Source of the DNA: Candidatus Latescibacterota bacterium
GTDB lineage: Bacteria; Latescibacterota; CBDEFO01
Length of the DNA: 64,000 nt
Direction: 5' to 3'
Assembly: GCA_965237525.1 (NCBI GenBank)
Contig: CBDEFO010000008.1
Span: forward strand, 1,248,001 to 1,312,000
Position numbers and translations under genes: made by a program. The notes under the pieces were generated by a model. The model was not told the origin of the DNA. It saw only the letters and a program-made list of their open reading frames with translations, and ran no database searches. Positions 1-9,819 of the stretch are shown here, piece after piece. How positions within the stretch are numbered: position 1 is the stretch's first letter; each line of letters opens with the position of its first letter.

Positions 1-1434
1 CACTTCGGGTATAGCTCCGTCTGCCTCCAAGAGTTCCTCCGGCGTGTCGTAGCCGTGCAGCGGCGTGAGCAACTGGCGTTCCTGTGTGAGCATCCTGTGT
101 CTTTGTAGATCTCGATACGCCCCGTAATCTGCAAGCAGTTCAAATACGTAGTCTGTAAATTCAAAAGCTCTCGGTGGTTTATGGCGGTAATTTGTTCGGC
201 TCGATAGTACCTGCTTTATGGCCCTTCGTCTTTCTTCCTGGCCCATCTTTTGGACATAACCTTCGATCTGCTCCCAGGGCTCATTGCGATCTTCGTAAAG
301 GAGAGCTGTAACTACAGCAACTTCTGCGGTCTGTCTATCGGTGCATCTGATCAATGTGACAGGATCGCTGTCTTCTACGGGCCCTAACTCAAGCTCTGAA
401 GCGAACTTAGCTCTTGCAGATCTTCTGTTTTTCATAAATTCTATCGCCATCTGACCGTGTCTTTTCTTGACGCGCTCCACTGCGGCGGGAATGACCTTTC
501 TTATTTCATCAAGGTAGGATTCGGCAATGCGGCGAGATTCGAAAAGTTCGTTGGCGAAAAGTTCGGTTATAAGGTGTTCGTGAGATCTGCCGTTGGCAAA
601 GACGCCGACGTTGGTGAGCGTTGAGCCGGGAAGCAGGTAGCGCAAAATGTCACAGTACTTGCCCCTGATGGTGCGGTTATAAGCGCTTATAGCCTGTTCG
701 AGGACTGCCTCGTCCTTTATGTCCTTGATCTTCAGGGGTTCGGAGTCCCTTTCGATCTGGAAGGGAAATTCTCCTCGGGGGCTCTTCCCTCTGAGGAACT
801 CCCGCAGGGGATCTAGAAGGTCACTGTACGTGCTCAAGAGGAGTCTATTTGTGCTTTCGTACAGTTCGCGGTGCTCCGACGCCATAATCTGCGGTTCCTT
901 ATAGAAGTTGTCAGCCTCGAAGACGACGTATCTTGTGGACTTTTCCAAAGGTGAGAGCAGACGGGGGTCCTCAAGGATTTTCGTGACGATGTTGGAGACA
1001 CCTTCAAAGGCTATGTGAGCACCCATAAGTTCATTTACGGATTCGTCTCCATATTGTTCCAGGACCCTTGAGTAGAACTCTTCACCACTTCTGATGGACT
1101 CCGTCGGGTCGAGTAGCTGCTTATAGACTCCAATGGCTATCTGGAGCGCAGTCGAGGAGTCTATCGTCTTTGCCGGATCAAGCCTTCTAGTGACGTCAAC
1201 GATGAAATCTCTTATATTTTTGATTCCGAGGTCTGTGTCTTTGAGGAATTCATCTAAAAGAACTCTCCTTAAACTTTTTCTGGATCTGCTGTACCTGGAG
1301 AATCCCGCTCCGGCCACCACCTGAGGAAGTGCGTTTGTCAGAGCGAAGATCGGTTCACGAAGATTGGTAACGTAGGGACTAAGTATCTCTTCCTCTTCTT
1401 TTGTGAATGTTTCTGGAGATTTTTCCTCTGACAT
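1..1434 (-). CDS. thyX: FAD-dependent thymidylate synthase, long two-domain type; 3' end runs off the window
   Basis: Not in the ORF track; translated by hand from ATG 1434: MSEEKSPETFTKEEEEILSPYVTNL..FSRYSRS..YGDESV..EKSTRY..DYGAYRDLQRHRM (RHR motif); frame open to position 1. Confidence 0.88.
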   Translation of the reverse strand, partial: MSEEKSPETFTKEEEEILSPYVTNLREPIFALTNALPQVVAGAGFSRYSRSRKSLRRVLLDEFLKDTDLGIKNIRDFIVDVTRRLDPAKTIDSSTALQIAIGVYKQLLDPTESIRSGEEFYSRVLEQYGDESVNELMGAHIAFEGVSNIVTKILEDPRLLSPLEKSTRYVVFEADNFYKEPQIMASEHRELYESTNRLLLSTYSDLLDPLREFLRGKSPRGEFPFQIERDSEPLKIKDIKDEAVLEQAISAYNRTIRGKYCDILRYLLPGSTLTNVGVFANGRSHEHLITELFANELFESRRIAESYLDEIRKVIPAAVERVKKRHGQMAIEFMKNRRSARAKFASELELGPVEDSDPVTLIRCTDRQTAEVAVVTALLYEDRNEPWEQIEGYVQKMGQEERRRAIKQVLSSRTNYRHKPPRAFEFTDYVFELLADYGAYRDLQRHRMLTQERQLLTPLHGYDTPEELLEADGAIPEV

Positions 1435-1534
1435 CGACGAAACTCCAATCACCAGTTGACCTTCAGTATCTGAGGGCAGACCCACGTGTCTGTCCTGAAA
1501 ATACCGATAAATCCGCGAACACTTGGGTCGGCCC

Positions 1535-2344
1535 CTACTTATGGATTTTGCCCTTCAGATACTCGAAGCACCTTCTGTATCCTGCTTGGGGATTCTCGCC
1601 TCCTTCGTACTCAGCGCACCATACGCCGTCGTAGCCCGCATCCTTTAGACATCGTACTGCCCTGGTTAAGTCTATTTCCCCCTCTCCCAACGCAGCACCC
1701 TGATAATCTCCAAGACTTCCACTTCCGTCCTTCATATGGACGTGAAAAACCCACGGGGCTATCATCTCACAGAATTTCCCCACGGTCTGCGGGTCGTGTC
1801 CGAACCATCTGTAATTCATAGTATCCAGATTCGCTCCGATGTTTTTGGACCCGACTCTATCGAAGATCTCTATCTGACGATCGGCGTCATTCGTCACATA
1901 ACCGTGATTATCAACAGCAAGGAGGATGCCCACTTTCTCGATGAAGTCAACGCACCTCTTGAAGCAGTCCACCATTGCATCGACCCATCTCTCATCAGGC
2001 ACAGATTCTTTCGGCTGCCCACCCTCAGTCCTCAATACGTTCGTCCCCAATATCACGGCCAGACCGCATATCCTCTTCATTCTGTTTACCTGGAACTCTA
2101 TCTCTTTCTCTGCCAACTGCACAAAATCGTTGGACGCGGAAAGCGCGGAGACAGACAAGCCTCTCGATTCGAGTTCTCTTTTCACCTCTTCGGCCTTCTT
2201 TTCAGGATTGACTGCCTGGCTTTCCCAGACATCTCTTATCTGGAGTTCCACGTAACCGTATCCCGTATCCACTGCATAGTCCAGGAAATTTTCCAAGGAA
2301 TATTGTGGAAAGTTGTAGTGAATCACGCCGATTTTCCTTCTCAT
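1535..2344 (-). CDS. sugar phosphate isomerase/epimerase (xylose isomerase-like TIM barrel)
   Basis: DNHG, NLDTMN, HVHMKD, GEGEID, YDGVWCAEYEG motifs. Confidence 0.85.
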   Translation of the reverse strand: MRRKIGVIHYNFPQYSLENFLDYAVDTGYGYVELQIRDVWESQAVNPEKKAEEVKRELESRGLSVSALSASNDFVQLAEKEIEFQVNRMKRICGLAVILGTNVLRTEGGQPKESVPDERWVDAMVDCFKRCVDFIEKVGILLAVDNHGYVTNDADRQIEIFDRVGSKNIGANLDTMNYRWFGHDPQTVGKFCEMIAPWVFHVHMKDGSGSLGDYQGAALGEGEIDLTRAVRCLKDAGYDGVWCAEYEGGENPQAGYRRCFEYLKGKIHK

Positions 2345-2598
2345 ATCCTATCACATTCTATCTGCGTTAAGGTTACGCCGGTCCTCCTTATGATACCCAA
2401 TAGATCAATATAATAAACTCCCCGTCTCTTGTCAACTAACGCGGCAGCCAAAATTGCCCGTTTTCCTTCCAGAAAGTTCTTCAGCCACCTGGTGGTTCAC
2501 TGCCCCTTACTCAGCAAAGTGTCCACGCCACCTTCTACGGGAACTTTTCAAAAAATGTTCTCTTTACTATCCGACTGCATCAAAAGTCAACATTTTAC

Positions 2599-2627
2599 TT
2601 GCAAATAATATTTTAATTGCATATATT
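2599..2627 (+). promoter_or_regulatory. putative sigma70 promoter of tolQ copy 1 (also present at 4093-4121)
   Basis: TTGCAA-17 nt-TATATT, retained in both duplicated units. Confidence 0.5.
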
Positions 2628-2675
2628 TGACAGTAGATTTAGGTATTTGCCGATAGTTTCAGAATCCGGAGAGGG

Positions 2676-3392
2676 ATGCCTGCTTTGAGCGGTGGCTTTC
2701 AACAAGGAGTCTGGGGGCTCGTAACAAATGCGGGTCCGGTTGCAAAGACGATCCTTCTGATACTGTTTATGTTCTCTGTGGTGTCCTGGGCGATTGTAGT
2801 TAAAAAGTTGATCTCCTTCAGGAGAATTTACAGAGAATCCCAAAAGTTCCTCGACTTTTTCCGCTCCGGCGCTGATATGTCGGACATCCATCGAGCTTAT
2901 CGTCAGTTCAGGAACAGTCCTCTCTTTAGGCTCTTTGAAAGGGGCTACCGAAGGATTCAAAAGGACAGGCAGGTGTCCTATCGTAACTCCAAACGAGCGG
3001 ACGGTCCCTCCCCAGAATTTCTGCAGGAGGATAGAAAGACCATAGAAGACGCATTACAGGTCGAAGCGTCGGCGGAGATCTTGAAAATGGAACAGTATAT
3101 GGGCTTTCTGGCAACCACGGCCAGTGTCAGCCCTTTCTTCGGGCTTTTGGGGACCGTGTGGGGTGTGATGATCGCCTTTATAAATATAGGCCAGCGAGGC
3201 TCGGCAAGCATCGGCGTGGTGGCTCCGGGGATCGCTGAAGCTTTGATTACGACCATCGCCGGGCTGGCGACTGCTATACCGGCCGTCATCGCTTATAACT
3301 ATTTCTTGGGGAAATTAGAGGGCGTTAGGAATCTGATGGAGGAGTTCGCTTTTGAGTTTGTCTGCACTCTTTTGGAGGAGCCGAAGCTATGA
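2676..3392 (+). CDS. tolQ: TolQ (MotA/TolQ/ExbB proton channel), copy 1
   Basis: LATTASVSPFFGLLGTVWGVM, VAPGIAEALITT; tol-pal context. Confidence 0.92.
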   Translation: MPALSGGFQQGVWGLVTNAGPVAKTILLILFMFSVVSWAIVVKKLISFRRIYRESQKFLDFFRSGADMSDIHRAYRQFRNSPLFRLFERGYRRIQKDRQVSYRNSKRADGPSPEFLQEDRKTIEDALQVEASAEILKMEQYMGFLATTASVSPFFGLLGTVWGVMIAFINIGQRGSASIGVVAPGIAEALITTIAGLATAIPAVIAYNYFLGKLEGVRNLMEEFAFEFVCTLLEEPKL

Positions 3393-3793
3393 AGATCAGG
3401 CGGTCGGCTCTTTCTGAGATAAACGTCACATCTTTGGTAGATGTGACAATGGTGCTCTTAATCATCTTCATAATCACCGCGCCTACACTCCAGGAATGGG
3501 TCGACCTTAAACTGCCCAAGGCTAAGGTCGAAAAGTCGGACATTAAAGAGGGGATCGTGATAAGTGTTACCAAAGACGGATCGATCTTCCTGGACAAAAC
3601 AAAGATCTCTTACACTAACTTCGATGCGGAGTTCTCAGAAGTTTGGAGAAAAGGTAGTATAAACTCCGTCTTCTTAAGGGCGGACAGAGGGGTTGAGTAT
3701 GGGAAAGTGGTAGATATCATAGGCAAGATAAAGGCTTTGGGCAGGGAGGAACTCGGTCTAATTGTCGAATCGGAACATGCCGATGCAAATTAA
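3389..3793 (+). CDS. tolR: TolR/ExbD, copy 1 (intact)
   Basis: EINVTSLVDVTMVLLIIFIITAP, LRADRGVEYG. Confidence 0.9.
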   Translation: MKIRRSALSEINVTSLVDVTMVLLIIFIITAPTLQEWVDLKLPKAKVEKSDIKEGIVISVTKDGSIFLDKTKISYTNFDAEFSEVWRKGSINSVFLRADRGVEYGKVVDIIGKIKALGREELGLIVESEHADAN

Positions 3794-3795
3794 AA

Positions 3796-4110
3796 ATGAA
3801 GCGAATAATCTTACTATCTCTTCTGGCGCATGTGACTTTTATTGGCGCACTTGGATTTCTGCCGGGTTGGACCAGCACCAAACGGGTAGAATACGAGCCA
3901 GTATATACGGTAAACCTTCTAACGCCTTCGGAATTGACCCGAGTTAAGAAAGTCCAGACATCCAGCGCTAGAAAGGCACCTGCTGGTGGTTCACTGCCCC
4001 TTACTCAGCAAAGTGGCCACGCCACCTTGCACGGGAACTTTTCAAAAATTTGTTTCTTTACTATCCAACTGCATCAAAAGTCAACATTTTACTTGCAAAT
4101 CATATTCTAA
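3796..4110 (+). pseudogene. truncated TolA/TonB copy; first about 63 codons then reads into duplicated intergenic DNA
   Basis: Matches 5291-5478 up to SARKAPA, then switches to the sequence of 2490 onward. Confidence 0.9.
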
Positions 4111-4169
4111 TTGCATATATTTAGCAGTAGATTTAGGTATTTGCCGATAGTTTCAGAATCCGGAGAGGG

Positions 4170-4886
4170 ATGCCTGCTTTGAACGGTGGCTTTCAACAAG
4201 GAGTCTGGGGGCTCGTAATAAATGCGGGTCCGGTTGCAAAGACGATCCTTCTGGTACTTTTTATGTTCTCTGTGGTGTCCTGGGCGATTGTAGTTCAAAA
4301 GTTAATCTCCTTCAGGAGAATTTACAGAGAATCCCAAAAGCTCCTCGACTTTTTCCGCTCCGGAGCTGATATATCGGACATACGTCGAGCTTATCGTCAG
4401 TTCAGGAACAGTCCTCTCTTTAGGCTCTTTGAAAGGGGCTGCCGAAGGATTCAAAAGGACAGGCAGGTGTCCTATCGTAACTCCAAACGAGCGGACGGTC
4501 CCTCCCCAGAATTTCTGCAGGAGGATAGAAAGACCATAGAAGACGCATTACAGGTCGAAGCGTCGGCGGAGATCTTGAAAATGGAACAGTATATGGGCTT
4601 TCTGGCAACCACGGCCAGTGTCAGCCCTTTCTTCGGGCTTTTGGGGACCGTGTGGGGTGTGATGATCGCCTTTATAAATATAGGCCAGCGAGGCTCGGCA
4701 AGCATCGGCGTGGTGGCTCCGGGGATCGCTGAAGCTTTGATTACGACCATCGCCGGGCTGGCGACTGCTATACCGGCTGTCATCGCATATAACTATTTCT
4801 TGGGGAAATTGGAGGGCGTTAGGAATCTCATGGAGGAGTTCGCTTTTGAGTTTGTCTGCACTCTTTTGGAGGAGCCGAAGCTATGA
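4170..4886 (+). CDS. tolQ: TolQ, copy 2
   Basis: 238 aa, 8 substitutions versus copy 1, all in the first 91 residues. Confidence 0.9.
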   Translation: MPALNGGFQQGVWGLVINAGPVAKTILLVLFMFSVVSWAIVVQKLISFRRIYRESQKLLDFFRSGADISDIRRAYRQFRNSPLFRLFERGCRRIQKDRQVSYRNSKRADGPSPEFLQEDRKTIEDALQVEASAEILKMEQYMGFLATTASVSPFFGLLGTVWGVMIAFINIGQRGSASIGVVAPGIAEALITTIAGLATAIPAVIAYNYFLGKLEGVRNLMEEFAFEFVCTLLEEPKL

Positions 4887-5288
4887 AGATCAGGCGGTCG
4901 TCTCTTTCTGAGATAAACATCACTTCTTTAGGTAGATGTGACGATGGTGCTCTTAATAATCTTCATAATCACCGCGCCTACACTCCAGGAATGGGTAGAC
5001 CTTAAACTCCCCAAGGTCAAGGTCGAAAGGGTGGACATTAAAGAGGGGATCGTGATAAGTGTTACCAAAGACGGATCGATCTTCCTGGACAAAACAAAGA
5101 TCTCATACACTAACTTCGATCAGGAGTTCTCAGAAGTTTGGAGAAAAGGTAGTATTAGCTCCGTCTTCTTAAGGGCGGACAGAGTGGTTGAGTATGGGAA
5201 AGTGGTGGATATCATAGCCAAGATAAAGGCTTTGGGCAGGGAGGAACTCGGTCTAATTGTCGAATCGGAACATGCCGATGCAAATTAA
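4883..5288 (+). pseudogene. tolR: TolR copy 2, frameshifted
   Basis: TCTTTAGGTAG versus TCTTTGGTAG in copy 1: extra A at about 4930 separates the ATG from the TM helix and its conserved Asp. Confidence 0.8.
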
Positions 5289-5290
5289 AA

Positions 5291-5944
5291 ATGAAGCGAA
5301 TAATCTTACTATCTCTTCTGGCGCATGTGACTTTTATTGGCGCACTTGGATTTCTGCCGGGTTGGACCAGCACCAAACGGGTAGAATACGAGCCAGTATA
5401 TACGGTAAACGTTCTAACCCCTTCGGAATTGCCACGGGTCAAGAAAGTCCAGACATCCAGCGCAAGAAAGGCACCTGCCACCCGCAAGCTGGTTCGTGTC
5501 CAGGACAATACGAAAAAGATACCTTTAGAGACCCCTAAAAGACCTAGAAAACCCAAAAAGAAAGAAAGTAAAAAAGAGGACAAAGGACAGAAGGCACCAG
5601 AGAAAAAGCCTGATGGTGCGCATGAGAACCTCCAAAGCCAGAATATCAGGCTTGACGCTGAGTCCTTCCCGTATCCGGAGTACCTGGAGAATATAGTGGA
5701 TAGGATAAAGTCAAATTGGATTCCGACCTTAAGTGCCGATAGAAATAGCGCACCATCGGTGACTATCTTCTTCCGAATCGGTAGAGATGGGACTATTTCG
5801 GATGTATTTGTAGAAGTCGGGTCAGGATCTGTGCCGTTCGACAAAGCAACCCTAAGTGCGGTGTTAGCTTCAGATCCTATGCTTCCACTTCCGCCCCAGT
5901 TCCGTCAGGAGAACTTAGGTGTGCACTTTGTCTTCGAATACTAA
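5291..5944 (+). CDS. tolA: TolA/TonB-family protein (N-terminal TM anchor, Lys/Pro-rich linker, TonB C-terminal domain)
   Basis: SLLAH anchor, YLENIVDRIKSNW, FRIGRDGTI, GSVPFD; lies between tolR and tolB. Confidence 0.8.
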   Translation: MKRIILLSLLAHVTFIGALGFLPGWTSTKRVEYEPVYTVNVLTPSELPRVKKVQTSSARKAPATRKLVRVQDNTKKIPLETPKRPRKPKKKESKKEDKGQKAPEKKPDGAHENLQSQNIRLDAESFPYPEYLENIVDRIKSNWIPTLSADRNSAPSVTIFFRIGRDGTISDVFVEVGSGSVPFDKATLSAVLASDPMLPLPPQFRQENLGVHFVFEY

Positions 5945-7463
5945 AAGCCTTGTGGAATAGTTATGTCCCAGGCAGCGTCTGAAGCGCCGATTATGGGTCA
6001 AAGAGTAGTATATCGTATCGTTTTGCTGTGGAATAAGCAAAATAGTCTTATCAGAGTTCTGGTCAGCAAGGAATAGGAGCTGTTTGAAGAACAGGATGCA
6101 CTGTCTTTGACAGACAGGGCACACATAGACGCTTTCCCCCTTCTTATGAAAGATACAAGCCTCTTGAGATTCTGTACTGTTGCAACAAGATTCAACTGTT
6201 CATTCAGTGAGGCTGGTCCTCTATAACGGGCTCGTCCCATACCGTGTTGTTGCCTGGCTTCAGCAAAGATATGTTCACTGCGTTTACGGAGTCTCCGGGA
6301 GAGTTTGTAGTCAGCTGTTAATGAGATAGACCGTGCATGATTTCTGGCTTTCGCCTCTCGCACTTTTCTATCCCGTTCGGCCTGAATATGTGCTGGATTT
6401 GTCTTGTTTTTCCATGTAGGAATCGGTTCAATCTTCTCATCGGCTCGCAGAGGAATATGGGGTATGATTCCCCGGTCAAGTACATCAGCGATAAAATTAC
6501 CAGAACCGTAACCGGTATCGGCACTAAGTGTCTGAATGTCTTTGGGCATGGTGTATGTTTCAAGGTCATCTACCATCTTAAGGGCACTTTCGGGCTCTGC
6601 TGTCCCTGCCGCCTGCGTGCCCTGAGTCTCAAGGATTACTCTGCTTTTTGTGTCGATCAGATCATGGCCCATAAACGAGAGAAAAGCCCCTTTGCCCTTC
6701 GATTTGCTGTATAAGCGCGCGTCGGGGTCTGTAGTCGAACGGTGTGTTTGGTTCGTCCACTTTTCACCATGAAAGTCTTTATCCTGAGGATGCCCGGACC
6801 TACCCTTTGTCTTATCACCTTCAAAACCGATTCCCTTGAGATAATCATCAAGAGAAACAGGGGGTTCTATCGGCTCAATACTTTTCACTGAAGCATCAGC
6901 TTGTATCTGAGTGCCGTCGACACTAAGGTGTTTACCGCTCACAAGACCGACATCTATGCAACACTGGACTACCTGACGCATTATCCGTTCAAACAACCCA
7001 CTGGATGCCCACTTGTGATTGCGAAGCTTGTTGATCGTGCTCCTATCCGGAACCGCATCATCAAATGTCTGATGACAAAACAACCGATATGCCGCATGCA
7101 TCCCCACTTCCTGACAGAGCCGATTCTCACTCAAATTATACAGATAGCCAATAAGGATCATTCGAACAACTAATTCAGGATCAATACCGGGTCTGCCATT
7201 GTCAGGGCAATAACAATCTGATACAACGTCTCGTACAAATGAAAAATCAACTGCCTCATCAATCTGACGAAGGATATAATCCTCGGGAACTAAATCCTCC
7301 ATCTGAAAATAGTGAAACACCGGATTTGTCTGTTCCTGCTTTTGTGGGGTCATTGTTTCCTCCATGTATAATATTATCAATAACATAATATAATACATCG
7401 GAGCTGCTTTATCAATGCTTGTTCTATACTACTTTCTGAATCTAAGGGTTTTTCACAAGGCTT
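5945..7463 (-). mobile_element. IS1182-family insertion sequence, copy 1 (1519 bp)
   Basis: Ends AAGCCTTGTG...CACAAGGCTT; 4-bp target duplication CTAA (5941-5944, 7464-7467). Confidence 0.93.
5998..7353 (-). CDS. IS1182-family DDE transposase
   Basis: LVPEDYILRQID, GRPGIDPE, PDRSTI, SVDGTQIQADAS, STTDPDARL, ADTGY, SEHIFAE; start placed after GGAGG. Confidence 0.92.
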   Translation of the reverse strand: MTPQKQEQTNPVFHYFQMEDLVPEDYILRQIDEAVDFSFVRDVVSDCYCPDNGRPGIDPELVVRMILIGYLYNLSENRLCQEVGMHAAYRLFCHQTFDDAVPDRSTINKLRNHKWASSGLFERIMRQVVQCCIDVGLVSGKHLSVDGTQIQADASVKSIEPIEPPVSLDDYLKGIGFEGDKTKGRSGHPQDKDFHGEKWTNQTHRSTTDPDARLYSKSKGKGAFLSFMGHDLIDTKSRVILETQGTQAAGTAEPESALKMVDDLETYTMPKDIQTLSADTGYGSGNFIADVLDRGIIPHIPLRADEKIEPIPTWKNKTNPAHIQAERDRKVREAKARNHARSISLTADYKLSRRLRKRSEHIFAEARQQHGMGRARYRGPASLNEQLNLVATVQNLKRLVSFIRRGKASMCALSVKDSASCSSNSSYSLLTRTLIRLFCLFHSKTIRYTTL

Positions 7464-7482
7464 CTAAAAGAGTGAAGTGTTA

Positions 7483-8817
7483 ATGCAAAGATATAGTTTT
7501 AGGCACATTTTCATTTTTGCTCTTTCTCTTTCTCTTTTTGAACCCCACGGAATTGTCGCACCACCTTCGGCATTTTCCCAGTCAGAGGTATATTTGGGGA
7601 TTAAGGGCGGGCGATTAAAGAGAATACCTATTGCAGTGGACGATTTCACGTCCGATGGGATCTGGGGGGAGAACAGAAAGGTAGCTTCGACGACCCTGGA
7701 TGTCTTTAAGGCCGATCTCCAGAGTTCAGGCCTTTTCGATCTTATGGATAGCTCCGCTCTTAAGGACAGTTTATCTGTCCAGTCGGGAAAGATAGACAGA
7801 TGGAAATCGCTAGGGGCTCGAGCCTTAATCAGCGGAAACATAAAGGAAGACAAAGATAGAGTTTCCATCGCTGTGAAGCTATTTGATGTCTCGGTTGGAC
7901 AGCTCTTATCGGTGGAGGAGTACGATGTTGCAGAAAAGGATGCCCGTTGGGTGGGTCACCAGATCAGCGATGACATCGTATATGCCCTGACAGGAGAACA
8001 GGGAATCTCCAGAACTCTGATAACCTTTGTCTCAAAGAGAAGCGGCTACAAAGAGATCCATATTGTGGATCAGGACGGATATGGAGAAAGACAGGTCACC
8101 CTACAAAGATCCATCATTACGTCTCCCTGTTGGTCTCCTGACGGCAGCAAGATAGCCTACAGTCTATACGATGACGGTCGTGAAAACTGGGATCTATATA
8201 CGTTGGATTTAAAGAGCAGTGTCTCTCTTATCGTGTCTAAATTCAGAGGGTTGAACATTGCCCCCTCCTGGTCGCACGACGGTGCCAGGATAGCGTTTAC
8301 GATGAGCAGGGCAGGCAACTCTGACATATACACTGTCGATCCTCCTGACGGAGGGAATCTGCGCCGCTTGACGTACAAGCCGGGGATAGATACGTCACCT
8401 GTATGGTCTCCGGACGACAAGAGAATCGCCTTCACCTCCGATCGCTCGGGAAATCCCAAGATATATGTGATGAACGCAGATGGGACGGGCGCAAGGAGAC
8501 TCACCTGGAGCGCCGACGCTTACGAGGACTCAGCAAACTGGTCGCCGAGGGGGAACAGGATAGCGTTTGTGTCCAGGGGGACTTACCTGTTTGACATCTA
8601 CATCTCGGACATCTACGGCGAAAATGTGATGAGGCTTACGTCCAACGCAGGTAGCAATGAAAACCCCGTCTGGTCACCAGATGGCCTTCGCATCGCCTTC
8701 AGTTCGACCAGGAGCGGAAGGTCTGAAATCTACGTGATGAACTGGGACGGATCAGATCAAAGACGGATTACGTCTGGCGGAGGCAACTACTCTCCGTCGT
8801 GGTCGCCGAGACTCTAA
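7483..8817 (+). CDS. tolB: TolB beta-propeller protein
   Basis: IPIAV N-terminal domain, repeated PxWSPDG (PD40) units; lies upstream of pal. Confidence 0.93.
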   Translation: MQRYSFRHIFIFALSLSLFEPHGIVAPPSAFSQSEVYLGIKGGRLKRIPIAVDDFTSDGIWGENRKVASTTLDVFKADLQSSGLFDLMDSSALKDSLSVQSGKIDRWKSLGARALISGNIKEDKDRVSIAVKLFDVSVGQLLSVEEYDVAEKDARWVGHQISDDIVYALTGEQGISRTLITFVSKRSGYKEIHIVDQDGYGERQVTLQRSIITSPCWSPDGSKIAYSLYDDGRENWDLYTLDLKSSVSLIVSKFRGLNIAPSWSHDGARIAFTMSRAGNSDIYTVDPPDGGNLRRLTYKPGIDTSPVWSPDDKRIAFTSDRSGNPKIYVMNADGTGARRLTWSADAYEDSANWSPRGNRIAFVSRGTYLFDIYISDIYGENVMRLTSNAGSNENPVWSPDGLRIAFSSTRSGRSEIYVMNWDGSDQRRITSGGGNYSPSWSPRL

Positions 8818-8840
8818 TTTGACAGTGGCCTTGACAATTA

Positions 8841-8905
8841 AATCGGGCGAAAACGGGGGTTCGCCCCTATGCAATATGTCGTAGGGGTACACGCGTGTTC
8901 GTCCT
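8841..8905. repeat. GTAG-type REP-like hairpins (related copies near 1472-1538 and 19676-19811)
   Basis: GGGCGAA..TTCGCCCCTA and GTAGGGG.. motifs; compare GTAGGGGCGAACCCATGTGTTCGCCC at 19741. Confidence 0.55.
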
Positions 8906-9059
8906 CATAAAACCGAAGGTGGAGAAAAGAAAGGGGGTGATATCTTAGCTTAACCTGGGATATGGCATGTTTCTGTAAGCAACAAGGACATGCGCACTAG
9001 ATGTGTCAATCGTTTTCATCGTTGGGTTAGTTCTATCCAAAGGGAAGGAGAATCTCAAA

Positions 9060-9665
9060 ATGAAGCGGTTCACCAATCTCGCAACGGCAGTATTGTTTGC
9101 TCTTGCCGTAGCCTTTGTGCTCTCGAGCTGCGCTGCCAAGAAGCCGCTGGTAGATGAGGAGGCTGTAAGAGCTGAACAGGAGAAGCTGGCAGTCGAAGAG
9201 GCAGAGAGAAAAGCTGAAGAGGAAAGGAAAAAAGCTGAGGCAGAAAAAAGGAGAGCTGAAGAGGAAAGGAAAAAAGCTGAAGAGGAAACAAAGAGAGCGG
9301 AGGCAAGGGAGATTAAGCTAAATGAGTTGCAGACCAGCTTGCGGGACATCAACTTCGATTTCGACAAGTACTTTGTCAGGGACGACGCCAAGCCCATCCT
9401 GGAGGAACACGCCAAGAACCTTGGGGAAAACCCTGATGTAAAGATCTTGATAGAGGGCAACTGCGACGAGCGCGGGACGATAGAGTACAATTTGGTGTTA
9501 GGGGAGAAAAGGGCAACAAGCGCCAGAAACTATCTAGTGAACCTCGGGGTCGATGAGGTTCGGCTGTCCACAGTTAGCTACGGCGAAGAAAGACCCTTAG
9601 ACCCGGGCCATAACACAGAGGCGTGGGCGAAAAATAGGAGGGCGACGTTTGTTTTGGTCAGATAG
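9060..9665 (+). CDS. pal: peptidoglycan-associated lipoprotein Pal
   Basis: AAGGAG RBS, lipobox LSSC, INFDFD, IEGNCDERGTIEYN, SYGEERP, WAKNRR. Confidence 0.95.
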   Translation: MKRFTNLATAVLFALAVAFVLSSCAAKKPLVDEEAVRAEQEKLAVEEAERKAEEERKKAEAEKRRAEEERKKAEEETKRAEAREIKLNELQTSLRDINFDFDKYFVRDDAKPILEEHAKNLGENPDVKILIEGNCDERGTIEYNLVLGEKRATSARNYLVNLGVDEVRLSTVSYGEERPLDPGHNTEAWAKNRRATFVLVR

Positions 9666-9819
9666 AGGCGGTTTCTGATCCTCCTGACCTTGTGGTAAGT
9701 AGGAGTCAAATTTTCCTCTTTTGCTCATTTTAGGCTCCAAATCCATTTGAGGGTTAGAGACAAACCCTGACCCTCTTAATTGTCGTGTAAAGTCGAGTCC
9801 GTCTTTGGTTTGCAGGCTG

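Larger units (their letters stand above)
2490..5478 (+). repeat. tandem duplication, units 2490-3983 and 3984-5478 (promoter-tolQ-tolR-tolA 5' part)
   Basis: Constant 1494-bp offset (1495 after a 1-nt insertion at about 4930); junction GGCACCTGC|TGGTGGTTCAC. Confidence 0.95.
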
